This document shows, piece after piece, positions 54,041 through 64,000 of a stretch of DNA of 64,000 nucleotides (positions are counted from its first letter, which is position 1; every line of letters begins with the position of its first letter). This DNA is from the human T2T-CHM13v2.0 reference genome, Homo sapiens, in the NCBI RefSeq assembly GCF_009914755.1, contig NC_060925.1, one strand, 5' to 3'. The notes beneath the pieces were generated by a model. The model was not told where the DNA came from and did no database searches. It was given only the letters and a program-made list of their open reading frames with translations. The position numbers and the translations under genes were made by a program.

Positions 54041-57000
54041 TTTCAATCTATGTATGAAAATGGAGTCTGCTTAGACTTTCTCCTTTATTCATACATTTCA
54101 GGAAAGACACACACATCTCAGATTAAACAAAAAGAAGAAGTGAATTGTATTAAGTGGCTCATTAGGCCATTAATTGATTTGATATGTCTGACTTTTTTTT
54201 ATTTGGGCATAATAGTCAGTACTTGCTTTTATAAATAATTATTGCACACTGTACCTCAAGTCTTCTTGTATGTTTACAAATGTGTACATATATATAATAT
54301 TAATATAGATAGTTGATTAATTCTTGGGTCACAAATTTTTCTTCTTAAAGTAAATAGCATGGTCACTTATTTATGTATTTAATTAAGTCAAGTATGTAAA
54401 GCAAAATTTTGCATAATAAATTTACTTTAAGTGTACTGCACCATTCAGTATTTAAAGTCATCTTATGGTGAACATACTTGTATGACACTAAGTCCTATTG
54501 TGTCTTGAATAAGTCATATTGTGAATTATGTCTTTTGTATCTTTGACATTTCACGTCTATTACATTCTTATTCTTAAAGTGAAGCATTTCTATCTGAAAA
54601 CAATGGTAGAAATAACTTCACTTAGTAAAAATGCTTCTTGATCTTGAAAATATTCAGAATATCTCTAAAAAATTTTCCAAAAGAAGTTTAATATACTGAG
54701 CTTTCTGAAAAGCCTATATATGGGAAAAAGGGAAAAAAACACTTAGAAAAAAACATTTCCCTTTTTATTTAATGTGGCACAGGAGTTGAAAATTTTAGTT
54801 TTGTTTAAAATGTGATATCTTTAAATTTTTTAAGAATGAGGAAGTAAATATATGCCTGAAAGTTGGCAAGTTTTAGTTAATAATTTAATGTAAAATATTA
54901 TACTACTTTTGATAAACAGCCTTCGTATACCTCTCTACCCCCAAATTAGGAGCAATTCCTAATCTCTCTAGTCTCTCTTGCCCTGTTCACACTCTTTTCT
55001 TGTCATGAAATGATCCTCTAAAATTGAATCCATATGTAGCCTAGGTTGGTGTCTGGAAAATCAGAGATGTATCTAGGTTGTCCTAATTAACTAATTAATT
55101 TAAATAGTTTAAGGATATATCCTTACCTAGTGTGCACAATTGATCTTCATAAATAATTCCCACTAGTACCTCAGAAATAGCCATGCTTCATAACACATGC
55201 TTTCAATGAAAGCATGCATTTACATGACAGGTAAGAATGGCTTCACTATGTCAAGTAAACAATTTGATTTGTAGAAGTCTTTGAATAAGCACTTATGTGG
55301 AATTATATTTTATACAATCCCAAATTTGCAATTATATGGTAATGCTAATTTTGATAACTCCCTACATATATATTTGCAGAACAATATACAGATATTAAAC
55401 TTCAATGATTTTGAAAAAGCATTAGCAGTGTTTATGGTAAATAAATATTCTAATGCAACATGGACTTGCGATGATCATTTCCAAAGTTTAAAATCTATTA
55501 AGAAGGCCTTAGAGAAATGAGTAATTTTTAATGTACTACAAGTTTTAGGTACGAAAAATAGATTAAGGGAAAAACTCTTGCATAAGTGATCCCTTTTAGC
55601 ACACTATACATACTCTTCTAACACATAATTTTCATATAATATTCTATATTGAAGATCTTTTTATATCAGTGCACAAATAATATATTCTTTCCTTTTCATG
55701 GATGCATAATATTTATTGTATTTATTTTACTAATTTCCTACTGATGGACATTTGTGTTGTGTCTAGTGTCTGCTAATTCAAAAAATGATACACTAAAAAT
55801 TATTGTGCATATGCATTTTGCATGTGTTCTTTACCTAATTTCACATTTAACCCTCTCAAACTCAGTAAAAATGTACACATTATTATCTTCCTCTGTAGAT
55901 CGAGAACTTGAGACCCAATTAAGTTAAGGAATTTGTCCACATACACACACTTCATAAAAGATAAATGTTGTAGATGGGCCCAAGTCTATTTTATTCAAGG
56001 AGGGAAAGCTCTCTTTTTACTGGAAAATAAAGCAAAACAAAAGCAGACAGGAGGAATAAAGGTGACATGGTTAATTAAAAGCTGTACAATATTACCACTT
56101 TGTATTTATATAATGTATAGGTTATTTTTACTAACTCTTAGCTATTCCAATATGGGTATATTATATGTATAATTGATAGAGGGCTAACTTAGTGTACATA
56201 CTTAATAAATATTAAATAACGAAGGAAGATACTCATGCATATATCAGATCAGAAACTTCTAAAAGTCTCTCAATTTCAGTGCATTGCTATTCATTTTAAA
56301 AATATTCAAGTTGGAGAAATAATTTTCAGAAACTCCATTATTTAGAAATACTCTAATCTCATTTAGTGTTCATGTGTTTTCTCCTGGGAAGATGCTTCTA
56401 AATTATATAGCTAGGATTTAAGATTTTCAAATAGTTTTCTTAATATATTTCTGAATATGATAGCTGTTGCTGCTTAAACCTAATCTACATGAATAATTTA
56501 ATTGTAGTAATTTACTCCTCCGGAATACAGAAAAATAATTTGGTTAACTCTTCATTAAATAGAAGCTTTCACTATCCTGGAAGAACATCAGTTGTATTTG
56601 GAAACATATATGGCTTTTTGCTTTGACAACTGCCAGAGCTACCATACTCAAAGGCTTGATGATCTACTACTGAATTTGAAAGGGAAAACCACAAAAAATT
56701 TACAAGCACACTACAGAAAGATGTCAAAATTTCCCAGAAGAGGTAGATGTGACTGAATAGTTTAAACGCACTGTCGTGAAATTCTAGACACATCGAACTT
56801 AATGCAAACGAGTAAACTCATGAATTGGAATGAAGTAACACTTCTTTAAGAATGCAAATTAAAAAGGAAACATCAAAATAATGAAATCTGCCATTTTTTT
56901 CTCCACTGAGAAAATTCTTTACCAGATCTCAAAAACAGGCCAGGCTCTTTGGAAAACAATGATAGAAAAAAGGTATTTGATGTAGAAATGGGTATTGAGA

Positions 57001-58673
57001 ACACTCCCAAGACACTCTGGTTAGTATTTTAATAACCTTATAGGAAAACTACTGTAATTAGTTTTATTCATTATACATAGTTAAATATTCATTAAATCAG
57101 AACATATTGTGGAAGAAAAATAAATTTATTTTCAGAAACATTGTACAATTCAATGTCACTGTCTATTATCTCCATAGATTGGAATAATTCTTTTGTCTGA
57201 ATATATGTGTGACAGTTAAACTTTCAATCAGGTATAATAGATGTTTTAAGATTGTACATTTCAAATACTTAGAGAAATTGTCAAATTTAAGTTTAGAAAT
57301 GTCTTAAATAGCTTTTTTAAAAAATACAGAGGTAACGTGTACATTATTGGGAATCTGGAAATCACAGGAAATTGCAAATAAGAAAATAAAAGTCCCATAT
57401 TACCACCACTCATGAGTATCCATCCTTAGTAAATTAAATTTTCTTCCAGTATTTCTTCTATATATGAAATATCATGTTAAATTGAATTACCATACTATCT
57501 AGCATTGTGACGAGATAAAAATCACAATTACGATAAAAAAATTTCTATGTAAATTTTTTGGCATAAATCAGTTTCTATTTCCCTAGGATAGATATCTAGA
57601 AGCCATTTTGGGGGGGCGGGGGCAGTAGGAAATGCATGCATGTAGAGAACGGTAAAGTAGGTAGTGCAGCCTTGCAGTGTCTTCCTACTCTTTATCAGTT
57701 GTGTTCTTGGTCAGCCTGAAGCACTGACTTTCTTCTGTTTTTTCTTTACTTGGCAACAATGCATTCTGTGCCAGTATTTTCTAAGGCAACATCCATCCAA
57801 CCACCTATGTCAGCATCACCTTTGGCACTTCTTCAAACACAGATTTGAAGGTCCAGTCAACAAATGTGAGAGTGCCATAGTTTCATTAATATATATTTTT
57901 TCACAAGCACCCTGGATGTTCTCATGTGATGTAGAATTTGAGAACTGCTTCTTGATTAATGGGAGAAATCTGGAGCTTGATTCTTCTTCTTATTATTACT
58001 TTGGTCTCTTTTTAACTCGGAAAACATGAGAACTCATTCAGATTTGCTTTGAATAACAGATCCACCACTAACTATATGGCCTTAGGCAAGCTTGTTTGAA
58101 TTCCTGTGTGTCCAAATGAAGATGACAACACTGGCAACATCTACTAGAGTGAGTTTTGTAAGAATTAAAAGGAATAATGCATGTGAAACTTCATGGTACA
58201 AAGCCTGATAAATAGTAGGCACTTACGGAATGTCAGTCTCCTTACTTCATTAAAAGTGAGACAGGATTTTAAAAATCAGCCAGACTTATCCTTAACTTTG
58301 CACATGGAGAAACTAAGACTCAGAGGAAAGTTAGTTGCTAAATGTATCAACAGATTAGTCTGGCACTCATAAATTATGGTTGAGATTAGTTATATTGAAT
58401 CAAAAGTAAAATTAAAAAGTGTGTTTGGAAAGAGGGTTCAACAACAACAACAAAAATCTATTATATGTGTAAGGTAAGTTATGTTGAGTCAAAGTGAAAC
58501 GAAAATGTGTGTTTGGAAAAAGGGTTACACACACAAACAAAAAAAAATCATTACTTGCATTCTGATGATTACTTGCATTTGTACAGTGGCAGGTACAAAA
58601 AATGTTTGTAAACCACCTGATGGTACATTAATTATTTTTATTTTATTGAGTGTGTGTTCTTCTGTGAAACAGG

Positions 58674-59071
58674 TGTGATATACGTGAGACTACACGTTGC
58701 AGGTGGGACCCAGAGGCTGCACTCAAAAATCTACTGTGCCATTTTCTCTGAGATCATGCTTCCTTCAGGCTGCCAAGAGACAGTGGCTGCATGTGGCAGG
58801 GACAGGAGACCAGGGACTCCTTTTTCCTCTGACTGGCTTGGGGAGCACCTAATAGCCTTGTTGAACCTTCCTTATACACCTGGCAATATGCTTCCACCCA
58901 TCATTCCTTTTCTTGATACTTCATTAAGGTTAAAACTACACCCCAGTCTGATGGTTCTCCCAGCCTTTTGAGGCTCCTTCCCCAGTTTGCCTCATAGACA
59001 TTTTCCCTAATAAAATCCTTACACAATTAATCCCATCTTGGCATTTGCTTTTTGAAGGATATGAATGAGCA
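58674..59071 (+). mobile_element. LTR16-like ERVL solo LTR
   Basis: TG start. 3' part ttccctaataaaatccttacac...cccatcttggcatttgcttt resembles the LTR16 family. Confidence 0.6.
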
Positions 59072-61642
59072 TATCTCCGCAAGCTCCCAACTCATCTCAT
59101 CTAAACTAGAACACAACCTTCTTGATGTCAATAAGAATCACTAATAAAATTGTGTATTTTCTGTATTTAGGAAAATGCATATTAGAGATTAATTCGTTCA
59201 TTAAATATTTATAGAACAGCACTACAGCATGTAGTTGATAGTGAGTAGATGAAGATGTAAATGATATAAATTCACTACTACCATAAAATCTAAATCAGAT
59301 GTTATTTAAATATTGTTAGAACAAATGGAGTGTATGTGTAGATACAATGTGTATGTATAAAACGGTGGAAAAACATAGTCCAGTTACTAGCGAACTGTGG
59401 GTCCAACAATATTAGCATGAATGAGTTCAGGTGGGCAGAAGAGTGAGGAGTGCTAGGAAGATAGAAGCGGGGGAGATGGAACCAGGTGATGCCTGCTCAG
59501 TTTTTCACAGAGTGAATACATCCTCATTGCTCTAGGCATGCCTATAGACCGAATACACAATTGGATACATATACAAAGAGCTTTGTCCTTTATGTACAAT
59601 GAGGTTATAAATAAGGATGATATGAACCAACTATGGAAGGATTCTTTGCCCGTAAGCATAACCTCAATTAATGGATTCTTAGAACAACTATCATATGGGA
59701 AAAAAATAACCCTTTGACATTAAAAAGAGATTTTCTTCAAAAAGTTAAAATACATTGGGAAACACTATAAGCAGATTAGAAATACAAAGAAAGGAGAAAT
59801 CATGAGTGTATATGAGGATGATTTTCAAGAGAAAATGAGATTTGATCTGGGCCCTTAGAAATAATTAGCACTTGTCTTGGAACAGAAAAGATAAAAAGGC
59901 ATCACATGTGGAAGTAACATGGATAAATTTTGAGCCCTAAGTGTTTGTGAAGTTCTAGGTATTTCGTATGATAATTTATGTACCTGTTATAACACCAGTA
60001 TGAGAATGGTAATAATATCTCTATTTTAAATCAAAAATAAAATAGAGAGCTAATTTAACATGTTCAAGGTAATAGACCTATTAAACAATGAAACGAAATA
60101 TAACCGAGGCCACTAATAGCACACGTCTCTCACCCATCCCAAGCTCCCCAGGTATTGGGGGCTATATAATTTATTATCAGTTAGGTCTGTTGGAGGACAT
60201 TTGTTTTCCTAGGATCCAGTTTACTTTGTTATCCTCGTTCTTATTATTCAGTCAGAAAAAGAAAAAGAGAGCGAAAAAGAAAAGAGAAGGAAGAAAGACT
60301 CACCAGCAGTGAACTTAGTGCAAGGCATGGCTCTATACACTGTGATAAAGTATATATAACCTGTGATTATGGGTGCTTTATTATATCCCTTTATTCAAGA
60401 AGCAGGAACCCAGCCATGGTGGCCCTGTTAACCATGTAGAAAAAAATATGTGCACATATCTCAAATGCAGAATAGAGGACAATAAGTTCAATACACATGC
60501 ACATATGTAATATTCTATGAGAAAGATGAAATAACTTCTGATGGGGAAGAGGGAGGAAAGACATTACAAAGAAATGACAGTGATTTTTAAATCCTGCAGT
60601 AATCCAGAAGCTAGACTCAGCTGTACCTTAGGCAGAGTATATAGGGCCGAGTTTTCTTCTTGCCAAGTTTTCAGAAACTTTGGGGTGCAGGGATGAGGCA
60701 ACTTTTAAGGTACAGAATATGATAATAAGGATAAATAAAAATAGACAAAACCCAGTTTGGATACAAAGGATTTATCACATGGAAGTGGTAGACTTTTCCA
60801 GGGTAACAACTCCTGAAATAGCTTTTATTTAAATGGTCTACCTTTTATTAAAAGATCTACCCTTTATTACATTGTTTCGGCTGTTTGTAAGCAAGAGCTT
60901 TTCAGATTGCTCAGGTTGGACCCACAGTTCCTCAAAACAGGACAGTCCTTTAATCTGTCCCCATATCAGTCAACAGCATTTACTAAATGACCCACATATG
61001 AAGAGCAAGAGCCCAGTGCTGCTCTTGAGGAGCTTATGGCCCCATGAAGGAGACAAGGTAGAACAATAAAATCAGAAACTTGAGTGACAGAAACATCTGC
61101 CAGATGGAAGCTGTAAAGAGACGTTTACGTAAGTGTTCAGTATTCAGGAAAGTGGACAGGAAGAAGTTTAATGACTGAAACTAAAAGAAGCCAAGTGGGG
61201 TTAGTTTGGAGATAGCTTCCAGAAGGAATGCACTTTTTTGGCTTGGTTATGGGAAACATTACCTGGTTGCATAAACTTTTATTTCTTTGTAGCATTCCCC
61301 AGATGAATACTCTATTAAGCTGATGTGACTATAGTTGTCTTTATTTCCCTTCTTCCCCCATTTCCTGTAGAGGACAACCTGGTCACAACTATATTGGCTG
61401 AATACTCTATCCCAATAAGAGACCTGGATCACAGGGCTGTCCATTCCAGTCTATTCCTTACACTGTAATATTTTCACTCTGTTTGCCTTATACCTGAGCC
61501 TGCTCTCATTACAACACCGGGCATGTGGCCAAGTCTCATCTTCTTACTGTTAGTTTCTAACACTAAAAGCCATTCAATTTTCTCTTCTACCCTTAAACAC
61601 CTCAAGAAAGGATTTTTAAAAAAAAATATTAAGAATTGCTAC

Positions 61643-62452
61643 TGTGATGGAATTGCATTGTGTTAACTTAAACTAAGCTGGAACTATATTTTTCAGAATT
61701 ACTTACCCTGTGTATTGTGGGTATGTGTGGGATTTGGAAAAGGAATGTGAAGCAGTAGCCATATTCATTGTACATTTGGAAGGTTGGACAGGACATGAAA
61801 CTGTGTCGCAACTGAAAGCACATTCTCCCAAGCCTCCTGGCTTACCCTGTTGATGCAGGACAACAGCCATGCCCGCAGATTCTCCAGTTCTCACCTGACC
61901 ATCCATTAGTTTCTCTGAATCCTAGGCCAGGTGTGTGTTTATCTCTGTGAGGAAGTGGGCCAACTCTTTCAGTAGGTCACCGATATCATCTAAGGTGGAG
62001 GCTTAGAGAAGCTTAGAGGAGCAAAGTTTACATTCTAAAATCTTGGGTTCTATCTCACTTTGTGAGTTGCAGTTTGTCTTTGCTGTTACTTATTTCACAT
62101 CTATCTTCTCTTCCAAAAGACCTGTTGTACACGGATAGAAGGCAACAGCTTCTCACAGACTGTTACACCAACTACCACAATTGTGTAAGTCAAAATCTCC
62201 TTAATAAATTCATGTCTGTATGTGTATGTGAGGATATATGTGCACATACACATGTATATGCATGTGTGCATACATATGTGTGTATGTGTGCATGAATGTG
62301 TATATTATATGTGTGTTTGTATATGTATATGTATATATGTGTGTGTGTATGTACATACACACACACATATACACACTCAGGCACCCATATACACATATGT
62401 ATATATAGTTTGGCTGGTACAAGTTCCTCATATTGTGTTCTAATTGCCAACA
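61643..62452 (+). mobile_element. Old ERVL LTR (LTR50/52-like) containing a simple repeat
   Basis: tgtgatgg...taagctggaactatatttttcagaatt start; ccacaattgtgtaagtcaaaatctccttaataaa near the end. Confidence 0.55.
62212..62407. repeat. Mixed (TG)/(TA)/(CA) alternating purine-pyrimidine repeat
   Basis: Read directly. Source of the ORFs at 62062-62455. Confidence 0.92.
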
Positions 62453-62975
62453 CATTATCTTTTTAACCTTGGTCCAGATAATTAAAAGATTACAATTGTG
62501 CTCTCTGTGCCTGGCTAACTCCCTTCCCTTCGTTCAACCTGAGCTCATTGGTCCCTTTCCTTGAGAAGTCTTCCCCAAACTCCTTAAAATTCTTTCAAAT
62601 GAAATTTGTTCCTTTACTTCACAGAAGTTTTCAAAATTTATATTGTGCATAAACATAAACTGAATTTATTTGTTTAAAATCAATTTTCCTCAATAGATGG
62701 TAAGTCACAAAAAGACAGGAAACGCACCTGTTTTGCTTGTCGCCATCACCCAGAGCCTAACTCGGTGCCTAGAATGTATTAGGTGTCCAATGTAAGTTTT
62801 GAATGAAAGTTTATTGAAAGTCTATTCATACTCTTTCCTTTCATCATTATCCTCTCTTGACCCTTTACTGTTGGTCTAGTAGATGCATCCATTGATATTC
62901 CTCAAGGCATTTGTTATGTATAGTCATTCTGTGCCAATAACTGTTCCATTAAGCATAGCACCTGGAAGCTGGTGA

Positions 62976-63273
62976 TTTTTTTTTTTTTTTTTTTTGAGAC
63001 GGAGTCTCACTCTATTGCCCAGGCTGGAGTGCAGTGGCACGATCGTCACTGCAAGCTCCGCCTCCTGGCTTCATGCCATTCTCCTGCCTCAGCCTCCCGA
63101 GTAGCTGGGACTACAGGTGCCTGCCACCATGCCCGGCTAATTTTTTCTATTTTTCAGTAGAGACGGGGTTTCACCGTGTTAGCCAAGATGGTCGTGATCT
63201 CCTGACCTCGTGATCCGTCCGCCTCAGCCTCCCAAAGTGCTGGGATTACAGGCGTGAGCCACCGCGCCCAGCC
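62976..63273 (-). mobile_element. AluY-type, full length
   Basis: gcaagctccgcc, ccattctcc, gggactacagg and gacctcgtgatcc are Y-type diagnostics. TSD gaagctggtgattttt / gaacctggtgattttt. Confidence 0.93.
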
Positions 63274-64000
63274 CGAACCTGGTGATTTTTAGAGCAGCTT
63301 CTCCTACACCCTATGTAAAAGCCTTCCTCCTTCAACATCATGCTCTCCAGCTATAGTCCTCTACCTCTCCTCATCCCATTTATCTCCTGATCATCTGTCT
63401 GCTCCCCAGTATCACTTTCTGGAATTAGACCTTCATCATGCTTTCCTATGTTCATTTACACATGCATTTATTCAACAGATATTTTTTCAGGGCTTATGAT
63501 GTGCCAGGCCTTGCGATGTTGTAATGAGGGACTAGATTTTCCTATTTTCCTGAATCCTAGAGAAAATCTGGAGCTGTTTCCTTTTAATCCAAACAAGGAA
63601 AAGTGCTGGGGACATTTCCTTCCACACCAGTACTGTTATCTCTGGTCATGTAAAATTCCCCTGACTGATTCTTGATGCTTAAGGCATTAGGAGTGTTGGA
63701 AGTTGCGGGGGGTTGAGTAGAGGGTCACTTTATATGGTATTTAGATGAGTTGAGAAAACCTTGAACACTCATACCTGTGAGACACTACAGAGGTGAGATG
63801 CAGATGGCAGCTCATATGGTGCCTTTGCCAGAGAGCCTATAGGCTCCTGCCATAGCCCCTCAGCAAGGCACAGCTATCCTCATACTGTGCTTGCTTGCGT
63901 TTGCATAACCCAATACTTTATAGGTTTTCTTCTTCTTCTGCTGATAAGTTTTGGTAACATGACAGGCTCTTACTGAATTATGGTTTTCCATTTGCAAAAT

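Noticed and set aside
62062-62455. Overlapping Cys/His/Tyr/Val-rich ORFs on both strands
   Set aside because: Artefacts of the TG/TA/CA simple repeat.

Overview
This is AT-rich primate genomic DNA, almost certainly human: it carries Alu elements and an L1HS-Ta element. It looks intronic or intergenic. I could not support any host protein-coding exon, RNA gene, CpG island or CRISPR array. The window is a layered record of transposable elements. There is an ERV/LTR cluster at 1.6-11.8 kb (LTR26-like, a two-LTR MER41A provirus, MER50-like, MLT1, MLT2), about 12 Alus or Alu fragments, old L1M/L2/MIR relics, a MADE1 MITE and several microsatellites. The standout is a very young, 5'-truncated L1HS Ta-1 insertion at 40694-42294. 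It has a perfect 18-bp target-site duplication (TSD) at a canonical TT/AAAA site and an uninterrupted ORF2 C-terminus. It also has a 51-bp non-L1 3' transduction with its own AATAAA, possibly laid down in two rounds, which should identify the source element. Secondary observations are a likely L1 insertion-mediated deletion (48.66-49.42 kb) and several template-switch or end-joining scars inside repeats. I do not see a new gene system. Family names come from my recall of consensus sequences and need Dfam/RepeatMasker confirmation.
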